DNA of 64,000 bases, from assembly GCA_010093605.1 (NCBI GenBank), contig MU004181.1:558001-622000 (forward strand), written 5' to 3'. Positions 36,001-48,596 of the stretch are shown here, in pieces. The notes beneath the pieces were generated by a model. That model searched no databases, was not told the origin of the DNA, and saw nothing but the letters and a program-made list of their open reading frames with translations. Position numbers and translations under genes: made by a program. Each line of letters opens with the position of its first letter. The first letter of the stretch is position 1. The stretch is from Lophium mytilinum. Its lineage: Eukaryota.

Positions 36001-36990
36001 ATGTCTACTCCTCGACCCAGCGGCTGCCCCCTACTGTCTCTCAGTCCTATGCTCGCCGCCTACACTTCAAGATTCGACACCTCCGCCAACAAGGCCTCGG
36101 AGCGGATGACTGGCGATTCCCCCTCTGACACCACCATCCTCGATAACACTACTGCCCGCTTGACGTGGATCTTTAACGCCCAAATGCATATGAGTGGCTA
36201 CGAGCCGGTAAAAGGGTTCTACTACGACGTCAAGGTCGAGACTAACTGGGTCGAACGCGAGTTGGAGGCGCCACTCTTCTCAACCCCGACCCCACTGTCC
36301 TACGACCCCGACTGGAGCCTACCCGCGGCGGCAGAGGTACAGCAGACCGCTTGGGGGGCGAGGGCCATCATAACGGTAGATATACCCACGGAAGACATGA
36401 TGGACCAAAGCCGGTGGGTCGAGGAGGGCCTGATGGTCAACAGGGGCAGGGTGGTGGAGCAGTGCTGGGAGGAGGAGCTGAGGGGCTGGGAGGACCTGCT
36501 GGCGACGCCCCAGACAACCACGAATACTACGGAAACCCGCGACGCCCGCACCGACTCTGCTCACCTGCCGGGCCAGCAGAAGGCTACTTGCACTGTCCCA
36601 GGCCCCGCGTACGGCTTCCCGATCGGCTTCAGACCTGGTGAAGTCACCATCGGCGTGCTTGGGGGACAGGAGGTGGTGCGGGGGCAGAGGTACCTGGCGC
36701 CGTGGCAGCCGGTCGGCTTCCAGAGTAAGCGTGAGGCTCTGAAGGCGATGTACATCATGGCCCTGTATCAAGAGCACTTGTTGGCCGAACAGGAGGCGGT
36801 GGAGGCGGTGGTGAGGGAAGCAGAGGCGGAGAAGGAGCGGAAGAAGGAGCGGGACAACAAGCTTGCGCGAGACGCTAGGAAGAGGGCCCACGAGCAGGGT
36901 GCGACTGGGGAGAGGGGTGGGAGGGGTGGACGTGGTGGCCGGGGTAGGAGGGGTGGAAGGCGTGGTAGGGGCGAGGGAAGGGGCACGTAG
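36001..36990 (+). CDS. Hypothetical protein with a charged coiled-coil and an RGG-rich C-terminal tail
   Basis: 329-aa intronless GC-rich ORF ending EAEAEKERKKERDNKLARDARKR..RGGRGGRGGRGRRGGRRGRG. Confidence 0.6.
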   Translation: MSTPRPSGCPLLSLSPMLAAYTSRFDTSANKASERMTGDSPSDTTILDNTTARLTWIFNAQMHMSGYEPVKGFYYDVKVETNWVERELEAPLFSTPTPLSYDPDWSLPAAAEVQQTAWGARAIITVDIPTEDMMDQSRWVEEGLMVNRGRVVEQCWEEELRGWEDLLATPQTTTNTTETRDARTDSAHLPGQQKATCTVPGPAYGFPIGFRPGEVTIGVLGGQEVVRGQRYLAPWQPVGFQSKREALKAMYIMALYQEHLLAEQEAVEAVVREAEAEKERKKERDNKLARDARKRAHEQGATGERGGRGGRGGRGRRGGRRGRGEGRGT

Positions 36991-37602
36991 GGGGCGGGGG
37001 TCGACCGAGTGCGCGCTTTTGCTGCGATTATAGAGCCCAAGAAGGCTTTTCATAGCTCTTTTGCCAGTCGGGCGTAATGACACTCTTTGTTGTACTTCTG
37101 CAAATAGTGTATCGCTTGCTGTTGACAGTTCTTTTGCCAGTTGTGCATCATGTGACTTTTACGTGCTTTTCTGCCAATGATAAACTCGTATTTGCTATTT
37201 TTTTGAAGGCTTCATATCATAATAGGCCACCCCATGCCCAATCACTCTAGTTTGACACTCCTTGTCACAGTTCAAAACCATTGAATTGGACCGGGGTACT
37301 AAGTTGCCGCATGCGCTTGATTCGCAGCAATTTGAGTATGGTTTTGGGTGTATATCTATCCTGTTGAGTCTAGCTGGGTCCAATCAGCCAACTGAACCTC
37401 ACGAATTCAATTCCGGATCGTGTAGATTGACCCGTGTATTCATGTGACTCGTGCGCCCGAATGTCGGTCGAGGAGTGGTGGTTGAAGCGGGTCTGTGGCG
37501 CAGGCTGGCAGGGGTATCGGCACAGCCGCAGCTTGGCGCCTCGACCTCAAAACCTTTCGTCCCGTCTGCATCCGCCTACATCAATGCCAGCATCTTTATT
37601 CC

Positions 37603-39571
37603 ATGTCTTTCAGCGAAGATGAAAGGCCGCGGCGGCCAGCGCGGTATGAGGGAGAAGACACCAGCGTGACGAGCAAGATTGAGCTGCGCGGATGGTACAC
37701 ATACGCAGTCGCCGCGGAGGTCTTCGCCGTCTGCGGCACCGGTACGTTCGTTGTTGGGCCTACCGGATCGTCCGGAATAGCCTCATTGACAGTCAGCTAG
37801 GCTCCTTTCTTCCCGTCACGATGGAGCAACTTGCTCGAGAGGGAGGAGTGCTTTGGTCTGATCGAAACGCGTCGTGCGTGACTAAGGCCACCGACAGCAG
37901 TGCTGCGAGTCCACCTTCTCGATTTGCGGCGAGAGACTCGAACAACCAATGTGTTGTTACTATCCTTGGTTCCGAAGTTACGTCTTCCAGCTTTGTCATG
38001 TACACTTTTTCCATTGCCGTTCTGGTGCAAGCGCTTGCCATGATATCCTTTAGCTCGTTTGCAGATCATGGTATGTTGAGCACCACTCCAAACTTCTTTC
38101 CGCCCTCTTTAAACCCTCCGCCTCAGGGCCGTATCGCAAAAGAATGCTCCTCGCGTTTGGTTTTACTGGCGGCGTTACAAGCATGCTATTCCTATTCATG
38201 GTATCCAATACCCTCGTCCTAGCGTCCTTTCTAGTCGTGATAGGCATAACCTGCCTCGGGTCATCGTTTACATTACTGAACTCTTTTCTACCGCTTCTCG
38301 CCTCTAACCATCCTCTCGTGAGAGGTCGGAGGTCATCAGATGTAGCCTTGGAATCATTGCCTTCGAATGAAGGCCGTTCACGGTCCGGCGGCCGTCACGG
38401 AGGTCCACGCAGGTCGGTCTCAAACGAAAGCAACGCCTACTCGACGAAGAAGGCATCCCTAGAACTTCAACTCTCCGGCCAGATCTCCTCCAAGGGGGTA
38501 GGAATTGGATACATTGCCGCCGTTTTCGTCCAATGTCTCAGCATTGGGCTGCTATTTGGACTATCGAAAACGTCTCTCGCTGCTTCCTCAACTACCATAC
38601 TTCTTAGGATGGTTCTATTCTTGGTAGGGGCTTGGTGGTTTGGGTTTACTATTCCTACGGCATACTGGCTTCGCTCCCGTCCTGGTCCGCCTTTGGAGGC
38701 TGCTGTGGCGGGGCGCGGAGTAACCGGCCGATCGACTTTCGCATATGTAGGCTTTGCCTGGCTGTCTGTCTGGCGGACCTTCCGAGAGGCAATACGACTT
38801 CGGCAGGTACTCCTGTTTCTCATTGCATGGTTTCTGCTCTCTGACGCCGTGGCCACCGTCTCTGCCACGGCTATCCTGTTCGCGAGGACTGAGCTTCACA
38901 TGAGCACTGTGGAGGTAGCCATACTTTCCATTACCTCAACCTCTTCTGGCATCCTCGGGGCATTCAGTTGGCCAAAGCTATCTCGAAGATTCGGCCTTCA
39001 AACCAATCACACCATCATCGCCTGCACAATTCTCATGGAGATCATTCCTCTCTACGGGCTCTCAGGATACCTTCCATTCATCCAGAAGCTAGGGGTCGGG
39101 GGCTTTCAAAACTCATGGGAGATTTTTCCTCTTGGCGTTATACATGGGTTCGTGATGGGTGGACTGTCATCCTACTGTCGGTCCTTCTTCGGTCTTCTCA
39201 TACCGCCAGGCAGAGAGGCAGCATTCTACGCACTCTATGCGGTCACCGACAAGGGCAGCTCGGCGGTTGGCCCCGCGGTCGTAGGGAAGATCGTGGACTC
39301 GTTTGGCACTATCCGCCCCGCATTCGTGTTCCTGGCAATCTTAGTCCTCCTTCCAAGTCCACTGATATGGATGATTGATGTTGAGAAGGGCCGGGCGGAT
39401 GCTATGAGGTCTTCCAGGGCCAACAAAAGCCAGGGCGGCGACTACAGCGGCTTGCAAAACGATGTTGACGAGTGGGAGCTGTCCGAAGCCGATTCAAAGG
39501 ACGAAGATGATGATGACGACGCTTATGAAGGAGAATTTCTGGAAGCAGCACGATTGATGAAGCGAACTTAG
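37603..39571 (+). CDS. ATG22: Atg22 vacuolar amino-acid efflux transporter (MFS), 617 aa
   Basis: ELRGWYTYAVAAEVFAVCG, NSFLPLL, WFLLSDAVATVS, LIPPGREAAFYALYAVTDKGSS. Introns at 37742-37800 and 38071-38126. Confidence 0.94.
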
Positions 39572-39680
39572 TAAGTAGACCCCCGAACTTCAATTGCGTG
39601 AGTTGTGGATCGTCACTGTGTACATAGCATTAGATCACGAATTAGCCTTGAAAGGCTTTCAATCCCGAATTTGTTCTATA

Positions 39681-39915
39681 TGCAGTGACAGGCCATAAGG
39701 TCTTTGCATACCCGTTCCTGCTGCTTGGGGTACTCCACATGAGTTTCGAAAGTCTAGGCGCGATGTCAAATCCCAAGCAGTGTAGATCAGAATGTTCCTT
39801 GACTCATTAGCGACTGACTAGCTGGGCTACCCCTCTCAGTAGTGAACAGTGAGCAAGAGCGGAGCTTAGCAGTGATGATATTCGTGTGCTCGGAATTATG
39901 GCCAAGTACTGTAGA
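39681..39915 (-). repeat. Array-associated dispersed repeat, copy 3
   Basis: Minus strand CTACAGTACTTGGCCATAA..TTGCTCACT..GGGGTAGCCCAGCT..AGTCAAGG..TGACATCGC..CCCCAAGCAG is collinear with copy 1. Confidence 0.72.
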
Positions 39916-40419
39916 CTGCTGATAGTCATGCTGAACGTGTCAGGTATCGATTCGTCTTGTGTGTTATCGACCTTCTCGCCAGATATGTTCTAAGAATCGG
40001 CCATCAATGCGATTGATGATTAGACAGCTTACTAACTACGCTGCCTGTCGCTACGCCTCAAATGCGTCTTTGAGGCGCAGAAATCGATTTGCCATTTTCA
40101 TCCCTATCCAACTCGACGCAGCAATTTGGGCAGCACCTACATAGCCGATGCAGGAGGTGACAAGCGAGACTCTTGTGAGATGATGTTGGAGGTGCTGTGG
40201 TTATGATTGGAGTTATTGGCTATGGATGTGATTATGGCGAGCACAGCCGTTTGACACGCGAGCTTGAGGCAATTATCACAGGATGTTGTTAGGTCTCTGC
40301 CAAATGCTTTCAAACATTGGGCTTCTCTGAAGATTGCTGCTTTCCACATAGTTTGGGTGGAGGTTACCAAGCAGGGTACATCCCCTTTTCTTCAAGCTTT
40401 GCTTGGATCACTGATGTTG

Positions 40420-40550
40420 TAATAGGTGCTTCCATCTATGGAGTAAAAATTAGGCTACTTCTTGACTGGCTAGCTGACTGCTATCTGAACCACTCCTCCA
40501 AGAGGTATCAATCTATCAAGAGCACAGCCAAAGCGACAGCATATGCGCTC
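40420..40550 (-). repeat. Probable degraded copy of the dispersed repeat
   Basis: Minus strand GCTCTTG..CAGATAGCAGTCAGCTAGCCAGTCAAGAA resembles copy 3 (CAGCTAGTCAGTCGCTAATGAGTCAAGGA); weak match. Confidence 0.35.
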
Positions 40551-40564
40551 TTCTAACCTTCGAC

Positions 40565-42178
40565 CTAGATGTGGAGCCAATTTTTCGTAGCAACCCACAT
40601 ATCTTTCAGCATAGCATTCAACGCTTGTTTGACCTCGCCCAGCCCTGTGACTTTCCGTCCTATCCCATTGCTGTTATCGTCCGTTGTACCAGCTCTCGAT
40701 AGCAAATCCACAATACTCAAATATTCTCTGGTGTCCTCATCGACGTCGAAGAGAATGATCTCACCAGTGCCTGGGCGCCGCCCGGGCGTGTATGGAGACG
40801 CCTCGGCCTGGACCAGTGCAAAAACAAAGATTTTCTTCAGCCTCAACATCGATTGAAGCTCATTTAGGATAACCATCCATCCTTTATCCTCCACTGTACT
40901 CTTCAAGACGACGTTCCCCGGGACCAGGATCCCGTCGTGTGTATGCACCGGGTGTGGCCTCAAAGCAGGGTCGGTCAAGATCAATTTCTCAAAGATGACT
41001 TCTTCCAAGCAACGCGCATGGCGACGTAGGAACCCAGCCAGGTCAGTTTTGTCAACAGTCATGTCGTGAAGGTGAATGGTCTTGAGCGCTGGAAGCTGAA
41101 GTCGAGTGAAGAGGCCGCTAACACACTCTATAGGCATGTGCGAGAAGTTGTAGCTAATATTTAGATGCTCAAGTTTTGTGGTGGCAAGGATGATGCGCGT
41201 GAAAATGTCCACGTCGAAGTACGGCTCCAACTTGATTGATAACTCTTCATTTCGCCAAAGTTCGGTCTGAGATGGTCCCCGCCAATCTTTCTGGTACCCT
41301 CGGCGGGCAATGTCCACTGTGAGCTTGCGTAGGTCTGAGAGTACAATATGGTACACCTGGAACTCAGTGGCGGGGAAGTGCAGAAATGCGTCAATATGAC
41401 TACTTTGCAGGTCCTTGAGGGTTAGAGCAAGCGTGGTTGGTTGCTTTTTGGCCTTCAGAAGGGCATCGAAAGCCATCGTGAGCTCGTGTAGGTGCATACA
41501 TTGCTTTGCTTCAGACTTCCGTCCTAGACGGTAGCAGGTGCGGCAATTCCAGCCCTTCATAGAGTATGTGGTCAAATTCCGACCGAAAGGAAAAAGTAGC
41601 TTTTCCCACGTTTCCGGGCGGTATTCCAGTATTTTGGGGCTGTCGTCAATACAGACCGACTCAAGGGCGGGTAAGAGGGTGAGAAGCTCGGCCATTGCCT
41701 CGGTGTGTGTCCCCGAGATATAGCTCGAAACCAGATCGTACTCATAGCGCCGTAGGTCCTCCCCTTCAATCTTCGACGATGCTCGGGCCTCTCTAGCCCT
41801 CCTGCGCTCCCTGCGTGACTGGAAAGGCTCGAGTACGGCCTCTGCTTTATAGATATGCTCCACCATTTCGTAGCTTACGTGACCAATGGTAATCTTTTTC
41901 ACATGAGACGCGAGTTCCTTGGACTTGAACACCTCAACAGAAGACGTAATAGTGTTCTTCCCAAAGACTCCTTTCCACTCACAGGCGTACCGTGTTGCAA
42001 ACGCGTGGAGGGACTTGTTGTACATATCTTGACATGTTGAGCGCAGGGCGAGTAACGAGGTCCTCCCATTCCCATCTTCTGATGATTCGAAGAGGAACTT
42101 CGAGATTTTGTCGATGATCTCGGGCGGGCAAGTCAGCAGTGGCGGCTGCCCCTCGGGGGCGCTTGGAAGCGATTTCAT
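40565..42178 (-). CDS. F-box-like protein, array member D (divergent, 537 aa)
   Basis: LLTCPPEIIDKISKFL..SLLALRSTCQDM; CRTC..QCMH; LRR-like repeats; degenerate C-terminal motif (GIGRKVTGLGEVKQAL). Confidence 0.78.
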   Translation of the reverse strand: MKSLPSAPEGQPPLLTCPPEIIDKISKFLFESSEDGNGRTSLLALRSTCQDMYNKSLHAFATRYACEWKGVFGKNTITSSVEVFKSKELASHVKKITIGHVSYEMVEHIYKAEAVLEPFQSRRERRRAREARASSKIEGEDLRRYEYDLVSSYISGTHTEAMAELLTLLPALESVCIDDSPKILEYRPETWEKLLFPFGRNLTTYSMKGWNCRTCYRLGRKSEAKQCMHLHELTMAFDALLKAKKQPTTLALTLKDLQSSHIDAFLHFPATEFQVYHIVLSDLRKLTVDIARRGYQKDWRGPSQTELWRNEELSIKLEPYFDVDIFTRIILATTKLEHLNISYNFSHMPIECVSGLFTRLQLPALKTIHLHDMTVDKTDLAGFLRRHARCLEEVIFEKLILTDPALRPHPVHTHDGILVPGNVVLKSTVEDKGWMVILNELQSMLRLKKIFVFALVQAEASPYTPGRRPGTGEIILFDVDEDTREYLSIVDLLSRAGTTDDNSNGIGRKVTGLGEVKQALNAMLKDMWVATKNWLHI

Positions 42179-42922
42179 AGGGTGAACTTTGAGAGATCGA
42201 TCGGATCTGGAAATAGCTTCTCTGCGATAGATTATGCAGTGGGCGGACAGTCCAGCTTTTGTAGAGGAGTGTTGCCTAGTGATCGCGGGGCAAATTGCAC
42301 TGATTACACCAAATCTCGGTAGACTGCAGTAGTTCTAGTTACACCACGTCTTCACGAGCCACGCGGGGCATGAGAGAAGTGGCACTCTGTTTTATCTTCT
42401 GTACACCTGTCTGCCGCTGTCTGTGGTACTTCGATGTTTTTTTTGAACTAGAAACGAGGAAGAAATTATGAATTTTGGGCTACGTGACATCCTGTTAAAG
42501 TACACCATGTAGTGGCAGACAGGTGCACCTAATTGGCCATAAGAAAACGTGAGAGTAGCAACAGTAAGTCGCATTCTACAGATCCGTGAGGTATGTCAAC
42601 CATTTTTACGCTTGTATAGCACCGTTTGAAATCCTCCAGTATGCTATTGCTATTCATGAAATACTAGCTTTGGCAAGCCTGATAGCTCTCCGGGCCACCT
42701 CAGCCGGTATTGAACCGCTGGAATGTGCCACGCTTTTCCTGTCTAGCGTGCGAGCTTCAAGCTAGCTGTTGTCTGAGTAGCCGGATAGATTCACCACAAT
42801 ATCACGATGCCGCGACGATAAACATTCATGGCAGTACATTCACCATATGTAGCGTGATATATCTAGAAAGCACGTTCAGCTTCAGTTCTTTACAAAGACC
42901 ACAACCTACCTACCACACCGGC

Positions 42923-44539
42923 ATGTCCCTACAAGAAACCAGCCCCACCATGTCTACCTCTGTTAACAACATCGTCCGTATGCGTAAACACAAACCTAGT
43001 CTAAAGCTTTCGGCGGAAACACCACCATACGCGCCACCCCTACTTCGCCTTCCGGAGGAAATTGTTGAAAATATTGCTCGAAAGCTCTTCCTTTACCCCA
43101 TTTACCAAGCCGACGACGAGGACCGCAAGAAGGCCGGGGCAAAAGCGCTCTTCGCGCTCCGATTGACCTCCAAGGACTTGTATTGGAAGACTTATTACCT
43201 CTTCGGTAGACGCTTCTTCTCGTCAGGAACGCAAGTACTATTCGGCAGACATAGCCTCCATGATGGTGGCTTATCTTTGGACTACAACCGGGAATTCATC
43301 AAATTGTCGAAACATCAAGAACTTGCCAGCTTCGTTCGGAGCATCACCATCGGCCACGTGAACTTCGGACTGCCAGAGGAGTATTACGGGAAAGATTACC
43401 GCAAGAAAGCGTGGTTCAAAAAAGCACTTTATTGGGTCAAAGGCGATATGTCGCACCATTTCGCGAAGATCAAGAAAGAGCTCAAGTTATCCGATACGAA
43501 GTCTTTAGTCACAGCCATGGCACGCTTCCCGAATCTCGAAAAGATCGAGTTCAGCGACGAGCCGATATTCCACGGGGCGAAAAAGCGCTGGGTACGATTA
43601 GTTGCACCTCGCGGTGACAATGCAGCTCAAAATTGGTGCCCAACATGCAGTACACTACCGCTAGCAAGCGTTCGGACCCATGCGATCACGTCGATCATAT
43701 CTGCGCTGGCAACGGCAGGCATCAAGCCTCGAATCCTGGGCTTATACCCGTGTCTGCGACGGAAGCTTCGACGCTACCTGCAGAAGTTCCCCAACATCGA
43801 ATTTAAGGGGATAGCGGAGTTTTTTTCAGAAGTACGCGATTTGCAGATCAGCGTCTTCGACTGCAATTGCGACTATGATGCAAAGCTCTGCTGCGGATAT
43901 ACCAAGGGGCCGCCCTCTAGCTCGACGTCCGACTTCTTTGTACGATTGCTCCAGTCAACACCTCGCCTCGATAGGTTGTACATCTGCCACAACATCACGA
44001 ATGCGCCAACTCCATCAATCCAGAAGATGGTGGCCGCAGAGGTTCACATGCCGAAGCTCCAAACCCTTCACCTAGAACAACTTGGCGCGCATGCCGAGGA
44101 CCTTGTAATGCTGTTGAGGAGACACTCCGAGACCCTCGTAAAGGTGGAGGTGAATGCTGTCATCCTGACTCAAGGAACCTGGCAGGAGGTTCTTGAGGAA
44201 CTTCAAAGCTGTCCTCAGCTCATCGACTTTCGAATTGTTGCCCCTACCGAGGGTCAATTCATTCCAGGCAAGCTCCCAGACCTCGAGACGAAGCAGAGCA
44301 ACGTAAAGGGGCGTGTGCTTCTCTTCGGCGACAACGAGCCAAGGAAACAGGCATTCGCTCGGTGGAGCGATGCATCTATGCACCTTGTAGAATGGTTGGC
44401 GATTGTGAATAGGCCTCCGGGAGGAGACGACGATGCAAGCGGCTGGAAATTCAGGGGTAGGGAGGGGGTTGAGTCAGGTTTGCAATTTCTGCTAGAACAC
44501 ATGGAGTATTACATGTCCGTCTCTATTCCTAGGGTCTAG
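42923..44539 (+). CDS. F-box-like protein, array member E
   Basis: First ATG at 42923. LLRLPEEIVENIARKL..LFALRLTSKDL; WCPTC; ASGWKFRGREGVESGLQFL. Shares ELAS.V..ITIGHV with member D. Confidence 0.78.
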   Translation: MSLQETSPTMSTSVNNIVRMRKHKPSLKLSAETPPYAPPLLRLPEEIVENIARKLFLYPIYQADDEDRKKAGAKALFALRLTSKDLYWKTYYLFGRRFFSSGTQVLFGRHSLHDGGLSLDYNREFIKLSKHQELASFVRSITIGHVNFGLPEEYYGKDYRKKAWFKKALYWVKGDMSHHFAKIKKELKLSDTKSLVTAMARFPNLEKIEFSDEPIFHGAKKRWVRLVAPRGDNAAQNWCPTCSTLPLASVRTHAITSIISALATAGIKPRILGLYPCLRRKLRRYLQKFPNIEFKGIAEFFSEVRDLQISVFDCNCDYDAKLCCGYTKGPPSSSTSDFFVRLLQSTPRLDRLYICHNITNAPTPSIQKMVAAEVHMPKLQTLHLEQLGAHAEDLVMLLRRHSETLVKVEVNAVILTQGTWQEVLEELQSCPQLIDFRIVAPTEGQFIPGKLPDLETKQSNVKGRVLLFGDNEPRKQAFARWSDASMHLVEWLAIVNRPPGGDDDASGWKFRGREGVESGLQFLLEHMEYYMSVSIPRV

Positions 44540-45373
44540 AAGATCGGCCAGCACCAATTGACCGCTGCGTTGCGAACTCTTCCCTCTGCTACCGTCTGTG
44601 AGATATCGGGGCTTATTGTTGGTACACGTTGGTAACAAGGTCCTACCAGAGAGTTGCCAAATCGCTAATATCTCCGCTACTATAGTCACGGCAGAAGGAG
44701 CTATAGTCCATGTACGTGATTCATTGGATGATGAGGATATAGGAAAGAGAGACTTCTGGAGGAAGGTGAGGCTATAAACAAGAGGTACCGTGCGCCTGTC
44801 TGCCCTAGCCTTCACCACTGCTTTCTGACAAGCATCTCGTGTCTTGTTATTTCGTTCTTCATCTCGTGGGTCTCAGCTCATTAATCATTGTTTCTCGTGG
44901 CATAGCGATCGTAGATATATTAGCTAGGATGCAAGGGAAATTATATGCTCAACTTGATCTAATTTTGCCGGCTTACCTTACAGTGACAGGCTGTAAGGCT
45001 GTGTACACCTGTTTCCTATGGCTGGGGTTACCGCACATAAGGTTTTAAGAACTTAAGCGCTATTCCGAGGTTTGAGCAGTGCATATTGATGTTTGTCTTG
45101 GCTGATTGCCCGCTCAGCAGCTATCCCCAACAGTGGGGTCGAGTGACCAAGTCGGAGCCCAGCTGCAATCAGTTCGTGTACCCAGGCTGTGCATGGTAGT
45201 TGGCAATTACAACGCATAGATGCGGCTTTTCTATATCCTAGAAAGGTGAATACTGACACGAGGTCGCGAGACCATGTGGCTTGTGCCCGTCATATCAAAA
45301 TCTTCGAAGCAGAACAACGCCTCCACGCCCCGCATACCGGCTAAATTATAGATACCAGGACCCATCAAACAGC

Positions 45374-46290
45374 ATGGGGGAGCTTCACGCACAGTCAGTC
45401 GTTACACTTTCTGTATTGATTTCTTGAAGCAAGATACCTAACCTAGATACGCAGATTCTCCCCAGACGCGGAGTTCTCCGACGTCGTCATTCGCGTTCAC
45501 CACCCCCCGATTACCTTGCCTGAGGGGACGCTGTTCACCGATTACAGACTCCACTGCGTGATCCTGAGCAGGCATTCTCGATTCTTCCAACGGATCCTTA
45601 CCGGCCCCTGTAGAACTGCTTTTCAAGGTTGCTGTGGCAGAGGTCCACGACCTGCACACGATCTCAAGGTACGCCTGTTGCCTCTCTCCCCTCGCAGTGT
45701 CGGAGAAGAAACCTAAAATACTAGAATAGGACGCCACTACCCCTACCAACGTTATCGAAATCCACGAAGAAAAACCTGTCTACTTTGACGCCATGATCCA
45801 GCACATGTACGAAGGCTCTTACAAACTCTGCGAAGCCCAGAGCGGAGCCGAGGAGATCCAGACCGTTGTGACACACGTGGGAATATATAAAACGGCACAG
45901 AAGTACGACAACATTGGCCTCCAATCATTCAGCGTCCAGGCCGTAACCGAGCTTCTGGCAGAGCTCGCGTCTTCTTCCAAAGCCAATCCATATGCAAGCG
46001 ATTGTGTCTATGAGATGGTCGCGATCAAAGCCGCCTGCGAGAAATTCTACAACATGGCGACTAAGACGAAATCAGCCATGGGTCGAGTCATCGCAAGCCC
46101 ATGCTGCGCTTGCGACGACTTGGTTGGAGCTCTGGAGTTCGAAGAAATGCTGAAGGAGAAACCCACTCTCGCTGTCGACATATTGCTTCACATCAATACC
46201 ACAAAGCCATCTTGTCAGGAGATCCAGCGCCGCTTCAAGGCAGTCACAGTGAGAGAGGTGTTAAAGGAGCCCCTCTCGAGAAAGATCTGA
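45374..46290 (+). CDS. BTB/POZ-domain protein K, ~264 aa
   Basis: Exons 45374-45393, 45455-45668 and 45730-46290. EFSDVVIRV..YRLHCVILSRHSRFF..IEIHEEKPVYFDAMIQHMY..IYKTAQKYD. Confidence 0.82.
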
Positions 46291-46731
46291 GGGGGGAGTC
46301 AGGAATTTGTTGAAGGAGGACGTCTCTACTCGAATCAAGATACACTGGAATACTACTGGCAAGTGTAGCTTGAATGATAGGGTTGATGGAGGGACAATGG
46401 ACGAGGCTTCTTTCTGGAACTCTTTTCGATTTCAGTCTAGCTTGATAATGAACGAAGTGCCTTTCACTAATAAGATTCATGTTAAAATATCCGCGTATAT
46501 CAAAGCTAATGCAGTCAGGTGTTTATTCTAAATATAGGCGTTGAGCGAGGAGTTTTTATCAACCAGAATCCTTCGAAGTGAGTCTGAGCTTGGACTTTCG
46601 TTCGTCTGGTTATTTGTGAAGACCAATTTCATTTATCTTTACCGGGAACCTAAGGTTATTCCTCAGCGTAATGTAGAGTGTAGCGTCTTCACTCGGCCGG
46701 CGTGGTCCCGAGCTTAGGTAGTATCGTCTTC

Positions 46732-47556
46732 TTATAAAATCTTAGACCTCCTCGTTCTGCCTCTTATCTGCTTTGGCTCAGGAATAAGTGCGAAAATAAC
46801 ATTAAGCGACAGTATATTCGATGTCTTACAGAGATCAATGATCACCTGATGATCCTGTTGTCCCGGACTTTGTGTCACGATCTCCTTCGCAATCGCACGG
46901 CCCATTTCCGACCCAATCTCATTGACACCTCGTCCAGGATAGTGTATGCCAACAGCAATCTCTAGTGCTTCTCGTATCCACGTTTCGCGGACTTTCTTTT
47001 TCGTTGCCGCAGAATTGCTTGGAATATCGCGCCAAGTCGTGAAGAGATGGGCGAATGCTTGGATCGCGCGCTCAGACAGTGCGGGAAGTCCATAATCTTC
47101 CGCGAGCTGATGCACTATGATGTGTTGCCTAGGAAAAGTGTCGGTGCTGAGACTGTGGAGAACTGCGCGGTGGTCGCTCTCGTAGTCGTATTCCAAGGTG
47201 TAGCAAAACTGCAGCATCTTCTTGAAACACTCTGAATCCTTCACAAACACGTTGATAACGTTCACATCTTCCTGCTATGCCAATCCGTGTTAGTTGTGGG
47301 AGTATTCGATTCCAGTTTTCCGCTTTCGACGTACCCTCAAAGCGTGTTGCCGGAACCAAGAAGAGTGAAGACAGAGGAGAACCATGTGAGCTTTGATATC
47401 TTCTATGGGACAGCCGGGGACATGAAGCCGTAGAGTCACGTCGGAGAGCTCGGGGTTATCGTATTGTCTATTCGTGTCAGTCAAAGAGTTTTCCATGTGC
47501 ACTGTCTCAATACGCGCCACTTCTGCAGACGGGCTTTACGGCAATGTGTTCGTCAT
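46732..47556 (-). CDS. BTB/POZ-domain protein L, ~230 aa
   Basis: Exons 47556-47540, 47467-47335 and 47274-46732. YDNPELSDVTLRL..IKAHMVLLCLHSSWF..CFKKMLQFCYTLEY..VHQLAEDYGLPAL. Confidence 0.82.
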
Positions 47557-48596
47557 CTTGCCTCTTAGCGTGGCCGAGTTGTTTCGAAGAACAAGCTGTC
47601 GCAGACCGAAGCTGAATGAGTAGGCGAAGAAGAACAGATCTGAAAAGTAATAGAGTCATCAGCAAGCTTTTGAACCCAGTTTGTAAAGTTTCTGGCACAA
47701 AGTGGTTTCTTCTTGCAGATTCAGAACACCTAGGAACTATCTGGAAGCGTCAAACTTGTGCGGCCCTTCCTTGATATGAGTTTACAATCCGTATCAAGAC
47801 CATACGGAAGGGTGGAGAATAAGTGGAACTTCATTCGCTGGTATAATATCGCACTAATCTAGTAATTTGTGAAATTGGTCAAGATACAAAGCAGGAGCTT
47901 AGTTTATGAATGTTCCAGACTCACTTAGAACCGCTTCGCCGAAGCTACCTGCCCAACTCCCTACTGATCTGATCTATCCGTAGTCCATATTCTATGACGA
48001 CCATGAGATACCCAATACGACCTTTCATACTTGGAAATTACATTTTTCACCTTGGAGGAATGGTGTTTGGTAATCCAACGTCGAATCATCATCATAAAAG
48101 AGTATTAAAATTCGAGATAAGGGATTGCTTTAGTCCATGGATTAGCTGTACCGTAACTCCGTCCTCTAGCTTTATAGTAGTTCGTTATGTAGGGTTTCAC
48201 CTTTCTCTTGCGTGTAACGGATTGCTCGTAGCATCTTGCGAACACCACTCCAGCCTTGGGAAAGCGACTGTCCTACTGAGAGGTCATGTTTGAGCTACAT
48301 TGATGAATAAAGTATGCATTCAGTCACTATACGATCAACCGATGCCTAGGAAGAGAGAGTATCTTCAGCAACGTCGGACTTCGCAATCTCACAGATGACA
48401 AGGCGATGTTTTGACTTGAAAGCGACATATAGTGAGGCAAAGGGTATTCATATTGCTATTTAATGTGCTACATTACATGGTAGGCCTTGAATGCGCAGCA
48501 TCACTCGAATACTAATCAACCTACACATTCAGTGCTGTATAGGTCGCCGGGATTACTAGAATAGGTTACGCTTCGTGCATGAACTGTGCCAGAAAG

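Noticed and set aside
40137..40370. 77-aa ORF containing CDNC between repeat copies, a possible family relic
   Set aside because: Could not be aligned convincingly to any family member.
10788..44952. Shared GATATATTAGC..GGATG at about 10788 and 44914, and a faint repeat-like stretch near 44950-45030
   Set aside because: Too short to distinguish from chance without an alignment statistic.
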